Below the pieces are notes generated by a model. The model worked only from the letters and a program-made list of their open reading frames with translations. It searched no databases and was not told the DNA's origin. The translations under genes and the position numbers were made by a program. Positions 52,860 through 64,000 of a stretch of DNA of 64,000 nt are shown piece by piece; the stretch's first letter is position 1, and each line of letters begins with the position of its first letter. Origin of the DNA: Dipteris shenzhenensis (taxonomy: Eukaryota); the NCBI GenBank assembly GCA_047967505.1, contig CM106538.1. One strand, 5' to 3'.

Positions 52860-54565
52860 CAACAGAAATAAACTCCGCCACATCCTACTATAAACCTACC
52901 TCACAACCAATAGCATTCCTTGAAAGCTTAATAGATTCCACAACTTTGATAGCAACCAATATAGGACCAGAACCACAAGACTTTTGCACACCACCAAAAT
53001 CCTCCTAAATTAAAATCCCAAACAAACCACACACCACAAAAAATCTCAACAAAAATACATACTTGAACAAGAAAACCTGAAGAACCTTCCCCCTTCTATT
53101 GGTCGAACTAACAACTCCATCCACCTTCAAAGCATAGTCACGCACAATTTCTTTCAACACCTCTAGATATTAAAAAATATTACCAGCTTCTTCATAAGGA
53201 TTCCACAAGATTTCAAAAGTTGTTTGTAGCACTTGCAAATCAAAAGTCCTATCATATCTTTGAAATGTGTCTACACTCTTATGCTCAGTGATAAGGATCA
53301 CAACCTCAACATTAACATTACAGAGCATCATACTACTCATAGAAGTACTTCGTAAACTGCTATTAGATATTTTGGAAGTCCCTAAACCACAGCTCTACAT
53401 CATATTCGAGACAATCGCAACAAGAGTTTTCCTCCATACCCGATTCCTATTATACCATACCTACATGCAATAGAAAACACTAGTAAAATAAACAAAAACC
53501 AGCAAATCACGTGCAAAACCAAAATTTTTGACAAACAACTAACATACCAATCCCTGAGGACATGAAATAGACTGAAGAAAGACAAATTTTAAGTCCTCAT
53601 CACTGCAATCTTCACAAATCAAAGGCATGTGCTTCTCCAGCTGGCAATATGTCATCACAACATCACCTTCATGAACCTTCATCGCTACAGGACAAAAATC
53701 TTCATGCTTGTAATGCAACAAATCCACCTTGTAATTCTTAAAAGACCCTCATTATACCTACAAACAAAGATAGCCATCAGAAACACACAAAAAAAACAAA
53801 AAATCCACCAAATGCAATACATGCAAAGTAGGAAATTTACTCAACATACTCTCCAATAAAATCACGACCAAGCAAAAATCATGCCATGAAAGCTTATACA
53901 ATTATGAACCTCCATGGATGCAAAAATGACTAACATAGTAATAAGCAAAGCATCTCTAAAGTCCAAGAGTGGACATAAGACTAAAGTTGACATCCTTCAT
54001 TATACAACATTCTTGCTCCAATCCAATCACATTGGACTTCGAACTCGAATGATTAGCAACAAGCTTCACAAATCAGGCCATCACAGCCACAAGCGCTTTT
54101 TGGCTTCCACAAAATATAGGATTGATAGAACTATTGAAGGGAACCTCATCCACACCTAAAGCTGCTACATGCACCTCATGCTCCTTTCGAATGACCCGAC
54201 CGAAACACCTATACATATTCATCAATGATTCTAAAGGATACACCTATACATATTCATCAATGATTCTAAAGGAAGGTCCTGTTCAACTTGATCAATTGTT
54301 TAAAAAAACACCTGAAGCAAGTTGTTCGGCTCTCAAAGGTCAATCTTCTCAATAGGAACTGTGCAATCCATTTCCCTTGACCTCCTCTAGTCATTAAATC
54401 TATGCCTCGCCCACTGATCCTTCAATAGAATAATATTTTCACCTCCCTTATTAACTTCATCAACAACATCAGGATGTAGCTTTTTGAAGCATCCTTAATT
54501 GGATGAATGTTCATGAAGATAGTTTTGCTTTAATACAAAAATGAACTGGACTCGGGGATTTTCAA
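52860..54565 (-). pseudogene. intron-containing Crypton-type tyrosine recombinase (DUF3504-like), decayed and 5'-truncated
   Basis: KDQWARHRFND*R, YPLESLMNMYRCFGR, FCIHGGS*LYKL..HDF (catalytic R read as H, 53916), YNE.SFKNYK, FLQ...PQGL|VWYNRNRV..KTL..IVSNM, ISNSSLRST (R 53352), ITEHKS (H 53283), FQRYDR (Y 53256). Introns 53840-53758 and 53547-53461. Confidence 0.82.
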
Positions 54566-54567
54566 AA

Positions 54568-55449
54568 AGTGTGTGGCAATAATATAATAAAATATGGACT
54601 GCATAGGGCCCAGGGTTGAGGTGGCAGGGCATGACCATGTGCCACCCTTCCACATAAGAGGACCCATACGGTGTGTTGTACATAATCCATGGAAGTAATA
54701 TTATAAAATGTTAAGGTGGCATGGCTCCTCCATGTGCCACCCCTCCACCTAGGTGGCGGTCCCATGCTTGCATTTAGTGAGATATGGCCCAAAGTCCATG
54801 ATAGAAGTAATATAAAATAGGTGGAGATGGATATTATATTGGGTTATTCTCTCCATATAGGATAGGCCCATGTGGGGGAGGTATAGAAGGTCCAAGAGTG
54901 CAAGTTAAATAATGGGGAAAGTAGGATGAGGTGGCAAGATTCCTTGTGCCAACCCTCCACTTGTTCTCCTAGATATTTAAACATATTATAAAATTGGGAA
55001 GAGACCAAGGGAGTATCATAGACTTGGGATATGGGAGTTGATATATGTGGAAAAATGTGGCCAAGAATTATCGCACACAATTGAGAGTGAGTAACTGCCT
55101 AGCCCACATGGGAGACTCTTCCACACACACCATGCATGTGGGAGGATGCATTTATTGGGAGAGACCCTCTCTCTTGGCTATAAAAGGAGGGGGCTATTCC
55201 TTGATAGGACACACTCATTCTTGTAAAGCCACCTAGCTAGTACTTTGATATTTCCCCTCATCCTTCCTTTCAAATAAAGCATGACCCTCTTCCCTTGATG
55301 TCCCCATCTCTACATTCCTCCTCCACCCATGTACATACTCCTCTTTCCCCTCTCCCTCTCCCCTTGTGCCATAGTCTCCCTCTTCTTTCCCTCCCCTCTT
55401 AATCCCTTTTCCCCACCCATGTTAACGCTCCTCTCCTCACATTCCCTAT
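54568..55449 (+). repeat. gypsy LTR, inverted near-identical copy of ~48645-49520
   Basis: Continuous reverse-complement match over ~880 bp with scattered substitutions; the mirror ORFs 49013-49249 and 54844-55080 are nearly identical. Confidence 0.95.
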
Positions 55450-56112
55450 TCCTCTATGGCCCTCAAGCATTGCCATACCTATCCTCAAGCCTCTTGTCTT
55501 GATTTCTTTTCCGGCTAATAGAAATGGTGTGGTTGCTGGGATCGAAATCTCCATGGCTAGTGGTGTAAAATTTGTTACTCCTACGACTGGGTGCAGCTCT
55601 ATGAACTCTTCCATGTGCAGTTATCTACTTTTGCACCTCCAAACTATGTGCCTTCCTTGTCTCTACGACTACAAAACCTCCCTGCTTCTACACTTCCAAT
55701 CTGCCTGCTTTCTGCTCACAGTTCCTACGTGTATTCTAGCTGGTGAATCTTCTGCTCATACCGGTCACATCTGTAGAATTGTAACATCCGTGCTCCCTCT
55801 GAGTTCTTGTGCCCGCATTCGAGCATCTACTGTGTACATCGCATGCATCACGAATAGATCGTGACGATTTTCTGGGCTCCTGTATCTTCTAGTCACGGAC
55901 AGTTTTCTCCGCTTCTACAAAACTATAACAGATCCTACCCCCCCCCTCTCTTCTCTTCTTCTTCTTCTCCTTCTCTGGGCTCCTGCGTCTTCTAGTCACG
56001 GACAGTTTTCTGGGCTTCTGCAAAACTGTAACAGATCCTGCATCCCCCCCTCTCTTCTCTTCTTCTTCTCCTTCTCTTCTCCTTCTCCTCTCCTCTCCTC
56101 TCTTTTTATTAA

Positions 56113-56176
56113 AGAGTGGGATTTGAACCCAAGACCTCCCCATTCACAAAAGGGAGACTTATCATTGGGCCAGCAG
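56113..56176 (-). other. tRNA-derived fragment (Pol III A and B boxes); possible SINE head or tRNA pseudogene
   Basis: A box TGGCCCAATGA (56172-56162) and B box GGTTCAAATCC (56129-56119) at tRNA spacing; T-stem TGGG/CCCA; no acceptor stem. Confidence 0.55.
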
Positions 56177-56897
56177 ATAAGAAAATGTACTGGTATCGCT
56201 TATATATTGAAATCCCATGAACTATAACTCTCTAACCGTGGGGAGTTTTCACATGCTGTAAAAAGCAAAAGTACTTGACTTCAAGGATTTGGTGCTTGGT
56301 CCTCCGCTCATTACGGCTACCAATTGGCGAGATGTCTTTCTTGATATTCATGTTGACCTTCAACAGTTGATTGTCTAGTGCATTGCTCAAGGAGACGATG
56401 GGTGGGATGATACACCATGGATGATTCAAGGTAAAGAACTAGTGATATGCTGGGAGGACTTTGATTTCAATTCTACTCATTGTGCGGTGATCGAGCTACT
56501 TGCTGCTTCAGAGGTAACTAAAAGGGTGTCCTTGTTCGAAGGGTGGGATGCTCCCCAAGCTTGGGGGGAGATTTGGCTCATCTGCTTATTAATTCCTATG
56601 GATAAGCTCGTCTTGAATGATTTCTTCTTGACCTCTCTACAAAGGTTTTTAGGGATCGCGGCTATGGTTGGTGATGTTTCGACCAAGGAATCCCTTTGTA
56701 CCTAATCAACCCTTTGCACCACATTTTGAGCTTCATGTTGTAATTCTTTTTTATCGAAAGATAAACTATCAACAAAGGATAGTAAGTTTGTTTCATGCTG
56801 GATGTCTTGCTCAAGTATTGAATTCTCCCCACCCTCTTCTTCTACCTATTTTAGACTATCGAGAAACCTGGGATGTCTAAATTTTAGTCTTGGTGTA

Positions 56898-57365
56898 ATG
56901 ACATCTTGGATCCTTCAATTTGATGGAGCATACAAACCTTCGACCAAAGTTGCTAGTGTGGGTGCAAAGCTCACATCACCCGGGGGTGAGGTGTATTGTT
57001 ATAGCAAGTCTACACTTGCAAGTACTTGCAACCAAGCTGAGTACTCGGCACTCATTTTTGGGCTACAAAAGGCACAAGAACATCACATTAAGCAACTTGA
57101 GGAGGTGCGAGGAGATTCTCAACTCATGTGTGAACAAGCTAGTGTAAGGTGGAAGGTGCGGAGCGAAGGCTTGGTTCCACAACATCAACAAGCATTGGAA
57201 CTATGCCAACAAATTGAAGAGGTAAAAATTCAGCATATCCCTCGAGCTCAAAATACAATTGCTAATTTCTTGGCACATGAAGCTTGTACTTCAATCACAC
57301 ATGACCCAAGTGGAAGCACCATCCCAACAAAGCCACAAGCCACGAAGGAGGGTGATCATTTGTAA
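56898..57365 (+). CDS. archaeal-type RNase HI domain (Tat aRH-like)
   Basis: WILQFDGA..., TCNQAEYSALIFGL, VRGDSQLM, WKV, IQHIPRAQN.IANFLA; the last catalytic Asp appears as Asn. Confidence 0.88.
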   Translation: MTSWILQFDGAYKPSTKVASVGAKLTSPGGEVYCYSKSTLASTCNQAEYSALIFGLQKAQEHHIKQLEEVRGDSQLMCEQASVRWKVRSEGLVPQHQQALELCQQIEEVKIQHIPRAQNTIANFLAHEACTSITHDPSGSTIPTKPQATKEGDHL

Positions 57366-57870
57366 GGAATGCAAAGATTATGGTCATCATGAAACTAAGT
57401 GTTGGGCATATTTGATACGAGTTTACTGACTTCGAAAGATCATCAGAAAGGTCCTCAAGGACATTGCTCAAAAGAAGGATGCCAGACCGCACACCCCTTG
57501 AAGAAATAGCATGGTGATTACAAGAATTGGAAGAAGCTGAAGGTGATGTGCAAGAGCTCCAACTGTTGACATTTGTCATGGCATTCTTGTTTGCCTTGAT
57601 GAACAACCTCATGCAACGCCGTGTTTCTAACCCTCGCTTGTAAAGATGGATGTGATATCATGAGGGTTGGTCCTTTTAAGATTGTCTATGAGCTATTCTA
57701 TGCTGAAGATTCTTCTCGTGTAGTATTTCACAATACACCAGTCACACCCTACCTTGCCTATGTGTGCTTTGTGGAGGTATCTTCACCTGATTTTCAGTTC
57801 AAACTACCTCTTTCCATTGTTTGCCAATAGATAAGCCTCATTTCGACTCTCTCTTTTCCATTTTTCAAGC

Positions 57871-59370
57871 ATGGTTGACATTCCTGTGTTCTGTGGATGG
57901 GTTGAAGAAAATCCAAATGAGTATCTGTGGCCTTCAAGCACCAGTGTGTTTCTCTCAACTTTCTTACTGAAGATAGATGGCTGTTGGTTCTTCCCACATT
58001 TCTAGAGGGTTTGGCTCAAGTGTGGTATGAGAAGCAGGCCGACGATGTTCGCCAAAGCTGGCCAAGGTTAACAGCAGTGATGATTGAGTTTTTCGGCAAA
58101 GAAGAGGAGCCAAAGAATGTATACCTGCAAGTGGCAAACTTGAAGCAGTCAGAAGGTGCGACGGCACGTCGATATGTGGATCGAGCGGTCGTGCTCCTAG
58201 ACTGTTTAATTGCCACACAGAAGGACAATACCGGATTTTGAGCTGGAATGACTCAGCATGTGCTGGGCTACCTTGTAGCAGGAGCAAGTGATGAATTCTA
58301 CCTCAAGCTTAAATGGGAGAATCTAGAAACTATGGTACTAGCACATGAGATTGTTCAAAAGTTTGATAAAGTTCAGTCCTGACCCCACTTCAAAGAAGAC
58401 AACTGTCCCTCCGCAACCCCCTCAATTCTTGCAACAACAACCTGGGGGGTCTAACTTAGGGGCATATCCACACCCCTCATCAGGGATGTATCCACCGCCT
58501 CCACCTCAAATGTATGGTCCTCCCTTAGATGCTTACCCTCAATAAGGAGTATATCCTCAACCTCTACATGGAAGATTTCCCCAGCCTCGCCCACGAGCCC
58601 CCCTCCTTCCTACTCCCCCGGCCCCTCTTTCTAAATAACCCGGGGTCAGTGACCTAGCCAAGGCCCTGAATGATCTTCAACTTGAGATGGTGGGCATCAA
58701 AAATCAATCCAATCACCCTCCAAGAGAACGTGCCAATGTTGTGTGCTACGAGTGCCACTAGAAGGGTCATTATCGCACGGAATGTCCCAATATTCCAACG
58801 GTGAATCTTCTAAGTGAATCAAGCACGAAGGATTCTGACGTAGAGATCCTTGACCTGGGGAAAAGAAGTCGTACCACCTCAGACCCCTCTCTAAACTGTG
58901 GACCGTCGGGCCGCCCTAGGAAGAAGGTGTCCTTCTTAGAGCCCTCAGATGCTGAGATGGCAGACCCATCAATAGAGAAGACTAAAAGATCTCACAAGAG
59001 TAAGTGGTCGCCCTTAGATTTTCCCATCAGCTCGGGGCAAGAGGACTATTCAATCGTTCAGGACCTTGCTCATCGGTCTTTGAGCATACCGCTCCCTCAA
59101 CTGATAGCATTAAGCCCTAAGGTAAGATGTGAGCTATAGCAAGGGCTCTCAACAAGGAGGAGCAAGAAAAAGGGAAAGGTACGAGAGGTCTCTTCTATCT
59201 CTAAAGAAATCGATCGGCACCCACATATAGTACATGTCATCATAGATAATTGCCATGTCAAAAGTGTGTGTGTTGATGGGGGAGCTCCATGTAATATCAT
59301 GGTGCCCCGAATCATGAAGAAATTGAATTTGAAATGTACAAGGCGTTCCTCCACTCAAATCAAGGTAGCT
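57871..59370 (+). mobile_element. Ty3/gypsy gag and protease N-half, decayed
   Basis: MVDIPVFCG..EENPNEYL; FLEGLAQVWYE...SWPRL...FF; zinc knuckle CYECH*KGHYRTEC (~58744); protease CVDGGAPCNIM...IKVA then an abrupt end. Confidence 0.88.
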
Positions 59371-61559
59371 CCTTTAAGCGCTTGTAATACCCCCTTGCAA
59401 GAGGCTCGACCATCTTTTGATGAGCTTCCAAATACGATTTTGTCTCTATTTTTCTGGCTCAAAAAAATTTGCATCCGTCATCTTCTCTCATGATTCCATC
59501 ACTTTCTCCATGGCCCCCACTATACTTTTGAGTAGACAAAGGTGGGAAGTTGCTAGAGGAAAGCAATCCCTTGGACCAGTCAATCTTAGGGAAATGGAGT
59601 CTTCCCACTCCATTCTCTTCATGCAACATATATGGAGGAGGCTGGCATGACTGCAAGTCACACTAGATGATCTTGTCTCTAGTGACACTTCACCACTAGT
59701 CTCACTATTGCCATGTTTAGCAAAGGATAACTTTGAGGTAGGGGGAGAATGCACACCATCCGAGTTGATCTCCATAGTCTCCCTCTCCCACTGCAATTTG
59801 AGAATTCATATTTGTTACGTCTTCTGAGAAAAGGAGAAACCTTCAAAGGGATTGTGGGCACAAGGTATCCATTTTATGATGAGAAACTACTTATATTAGG
59901 CCATTCTATAATAAGGCTATTTCTTTTATGAAACTCAAGCGTGGCCACCTTGAATTCTACTAGGGAAGCTTTGTCTAGGTTAGGTGTGCTTGCCAATGAA
60001 AGAAAGATGGTAGGATGGAGTTTGCAAGAATGGCAAAGACACCCTCGTATTGATGAAGAAGAAAGATGAGAGAAGGTAAGATGGAGATACTAGCAATTGT
60101 GAAAGACCAACTTATTGTGAAGTAAGGCATGGCAAAGTCATCGTGGAATATCTTGAGCAAACGATAGTCTACAAAGTCGGAGTAGTAGAGCTGGCCTTCC
60201 AAAAGAAGAATCTATCTTCATTACTATTCCAAAAGGACAACCTAGAACTAGCCCTCCAAATGGATAACCTATCTTCATTACTATTTTGCTACTCTCTATA
60301 CCATTAAGGTCAAGATGTACATTGAAATGGAGAATGAAGTTTATTGCAACCCAAAAAAATCATTAATTTGGCACCAATGCAATTACATAGGAACTTGGTA
60401 TCACATATACTAAGAATGAAGACCGGTATAAAATGAATGTCGAGCAGAGTAAAGAATTCAAGAGCTCACCAACGAGCAAAGATGTCAACAGAGACAAGAA
60501 TAGTGGATGAGAAAACTCAGATTAGCTTGTCATTGATGAAAAATTGTAAACCAAGCAATAGAATGAGAAATTTGAGTTGTTCAAAACTAAATATGACACT
60601 GGGGATAGAAAAGAGAGAGGAACTAAAGAAGTGTGAAGTCCATCTGTGAAGGGAAATTGAACATATCATGGCATAAATCATGGAGAAATAATACCCGATC
60701 TTTCATGAAGAAAAAGGAGTGATCCAAGTTCAATAGGGTAAGAGAAACCTATGAGGATGGAAAATCCACTAAGGATTCCACCAACAACTCCACCAATGGA
60801 CCCTCAAACAATGGAAAAATTGGATGAAAATTTGTGTTTCCATTTATAGAGCTTCTTGCAAATGGTGGTTATATTGCAACACAATACAAAGGGGAAATGC
60901 TTGATGTATTTTCCCATGATGTTCTTAAACAAAGCTATTGAATTGTTTGACTAGGATCTGAACCACCACTTCAACATATGGGATGAGTTTGAGGGTACAA
61001 GAGCCTCAAAGGCATTCTAAAAAAAACTAGTGTGGGCTCAGGATTTCTTAGTGCGGAACAATTCTTAGCTTTCTTTCCCTCATCCTTTAAAGTACTCGAA
61101 CTAGAAGAGGAATGACCCTTGCTCTCGTTCATAGTCCACTTGGTTTTATCTACAAGTGGAGGAGGTTAAGGGTCTTTTGATGGTTCATCATTCTTGCCCT
61201 TTCTATGAGGACAAACTCTAACAATGTGGGTAGTCAAACTATAGAGGAAGCAAGAATTAGAGATATTTTTGTAAACCAAAGGCTATTCCTTGTAGATTTC
61301 CTCATTTCTAGTCATTATCAATAGAGTGTCAAAATATTCCTTGACCACATCCATCTAGATAGATACATCTTTCTCTACCCCTATAACTTTACCCAAGTTA
61401 TCGCACAACTTGGCAGCTTAGTAGTGTAGAGAGAATGGGAAATTAGGGAGTTCCACCCACACAGGAATTTTAGTGGACCTAGATCTATCAAGGAAAATTT
61501 TGGAGTCCACATTTCAAGGTATAAGGGATGGTTTCCCTAAGTCCACAAATCTTGGTGTA

Positions 61560-63633
61560 AGGCTCGATATGCCCTTATACTTCATTTCCTCATTTTCGAC
61601 CATGCATTGTATGTAACTTCAAAAAATTATGTGTAGTATACTATATCATATCTTTATGTGTCATATAGCCATGAAACTTTGCCAAATTTTTAAATGGGTA
61701 AGACCCTTATAATCACAGAGTTTTATAAGGATTAAACATCCCTTGTATAGTGGGATGTACACAGTTTCTCATTTTCAACTATGCATGATATGTAACTACC
61801 AAAAAATTATGCATATTTATGCTTTATCTATGTGTTCAATGGTTATGAAGTTTGCAAAGACCTTCAAATGAATATTTCCTTATACCCGCAAAGTTTCATA
61901 AGGATGGGATATCACTTGTATGATAGGATGGACATGCACATTTACGACCATGCATGGTGCATTATTGTCAAAATATTGCGCATCGGTACACTTATCCCAT
62001 ATTTTTATGTGTCTCATGGTCATGAAACTTTGCAAAGTTATTCAATTGAAATAATCCCTTATACTCACAAAGTTTCATTGGGACATGCACATTTCTCATT
62101 TTCAATCTTGCATAGTGCATAACTGCCAAAAAGATTGAGATTCATATGCTCACATACCATATCTCTATGTGTTTGAGAGTGATGAAACTTTGAAAAGACA
62201 TTAAAATAAAATATTCTATTATATTCACAAAGTTTCATAAGCATTCTCATTCTTTATTGTGCATGTTACACAACTAAAAAAACTGGTGCGTTAGTAAATC
62301 ATATCTCTTTATGTCTAATGGTTAAGAACTATGAAAAACCTTACTAAATTTTTTTAAATAAGAATAGGACATGACTTGTATGGAGGTACAAGTACATTTC
62401 CTAAATTTTATACCATGCATGGTACATAACTTTCAAAAAAGTGTGCATCAGTATGCATATACCAGATCTCTATGTGCTCAATGGTCTTCTCATTTTTGGC
62501 CATGCATGTTGTATACTTGCAAAAAAAATTTGCATGGGTATGATTATACCATTCCTCAATGTCTCCAATGGCCATGAAACTTTGCAAAAACATTTAAATA
62601 AAATAGGAAATTATAGTCACAAATTTCCATAAGATTGGTAATTTCTTGTATGGGGGGGAGACATGCATATTTTCTCATCTTCGACCATGCATGGTGCATA
62701 ATTATCAAAAAATTATGCATAAGTATGCTTAAACACCATACTTTCATGTGCCCCATGATCATCAAAATTTGCACAAATTCTAAAATGTGATAGTTCCTTA
62801 GAATTTCAAAATTTACAAGGATAGAATAGTACTTATATAGTGGGACATGCACATTTTGTCATTCTTGACCATGCATGGTGCATAATTGCCAAGAAATTGT
62901 GCATCGATATGATTATATCATAACTCTATTTATCCGATAGTCATGGAATTTTAGAAATACCTTCAAACAAAATAGCACCTTATACTTGCAACATTCCATA
63001 AGCATTGAACATGACTTGTATGGTGGGACATGCACATCTCCTCATTTTCGATCATGCATGATACATAACTGCAAAAATAGTGCATCCATATGCTTATGCC
63101 ATAAACCTATGTATTTGATGGTCATGAAGCTTTGCAATGAACTTTAAAATGGTAAGTCACTTATCTTCACAAAGTCTCACCAGAATGATTCATCTTTTGC
63201 GTGATGCAACATATATGTTTTCTCATTTTTGACCATACATGGCACACTAATGGCAAAAATTTGTGCATCAGTATGCTTATATTATACCTCTATGTATTGG
63301 ATGATGATGAAATTTTGCAAAGCCCTTGAACTAAAACATTTCCTTATACTCAAAAATTTCATAAGGATCAGACATATGGGACATGCATATGTTTTAAATT
63401 TCGACCATGCATGGTGCATAATTGTCAAATAAATTACACCGATATTTATATCATACTTGTATGTATCTTATGGTCATGAAACTTTGAATAGTATCTTATA
63501 TTTGTAAATTTTTATGAGCATCGAACATAACTTGTATGGTGGGACATGCACATTTCCTCACTTTTGACCATGGATTGCATATAATTGCCAAATAATTAAG
63601 GATTGATATGCTTATACTATACCTATATATTTT
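61560..63633 (+). repeat. degenerate tandem array (satellite), ~13 units of mostly ~150-185 bp
   Basis: Recurring GGGACATGCACATTTCTCATTTTCGACCATGCATGGTGCATAA and CATGAAACTTTGCAAA; anchors near 62682, 62867, 63049, 63230 and 63402. Confidence 0.9.
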
Positions 63634-64000
63634 TATAAGAAAACAATACAGCGTCTGTGCTCAACAAATAACAGGATCTCATATGCAAGAGAGAAAAGCA
63701 GATAGTATGGAGAATAAAAAATTTGATTACTGTAAAACTGATACAATAGATGGCACTGCCTCCCAGCCGTGTGCTCCTATGTGAGAAGCTTCGATGGCAT
63801 GCTAGAAACAGTAGAGGATGGAGGCTGGATGCTAAGGAATCACGGTTGCTGTAGCCAGTGATGATCGGACTAGAGGTCGGTCCCGAAATAGGCCACCGAC
63901 CACACGATAGAACGGTGGTGCAGAATAGAGCAACTATCCTACAATCTTTGTTCGGCCCAGAGCCATCCAGGATCATCTGGGGCTCCAAATGGGCCTCGCA
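63634..64000 (-). repeat. copia LTR of the same family as 13787-14010 (solo or 3' LTR; runs off the right edge)
   Basis: Clear homology from TAAGAAAA.AATACA.CGTCTGTGCTCAACA to TTGCTGTAGCCAGTG; no PBS at its inner boundary. Confidence 0.9.

Noticed and set aside
56113-56176. Functional tRNA-His gene
   Set aside because: No acceptor stem and a mismatched anticodon stem.
59400-61550. Faint gypsy integrase (59975-60202) and gag (~60800-61000) remnants
   Set aside because: Motifs too degenerate to support a call.
61560-63633. CRISPR-like array
   Set aside because: Whole units are homologous and degenerate with no unique spacers; eukaryotic context with no cas genes.

Overview
Repeat-dense, CpG-depleted land-plant nuclear DNA. 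The element mix suggests a non-angiosperm such as a fern, but that is inference only. There is one intact host gene: a 3-exon BAHD acyltransferase (minus strand, 39880-41493, 449 aa, HXXXD and DFGWG motifs). The rest is mostly decayed, nested transposable elements: several Ty1/copia copies (two of them gag-only), L1-type LINEs (one full-length with a target-site duplication), a non-chromovirus Ty3/gypsy element, a ~170-180 bp degenerate satellite, and microsatellites. The most notable signals are hidden by introns and frameshifts, so they do not show as single ORFs. (1) An intron-containing pseudogene at ~43.9-46.7 kb aligns motif by motif with the RAG1/Transib DDE recombinase core. (2) An intron-containing Crypton-type (DUF3504-like) tyrosine recombinase lies at ~52.9-54.6 kb. 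(3) A 1.3-kb TIR element has CACTAG ends but a 4-bp CTAA duplication, unlike the usual plant CACTA 3-bp TSD. (4) A spliced ricin-B lectin pseudogene. (5) A gypsy element appears split inside its protease by an ~8.6-kb inversion, with an archaeal-type RNase H upstream of gag. All assignments come from manual translation and motif recognition; no searches were run, and many boundaries are approximate.
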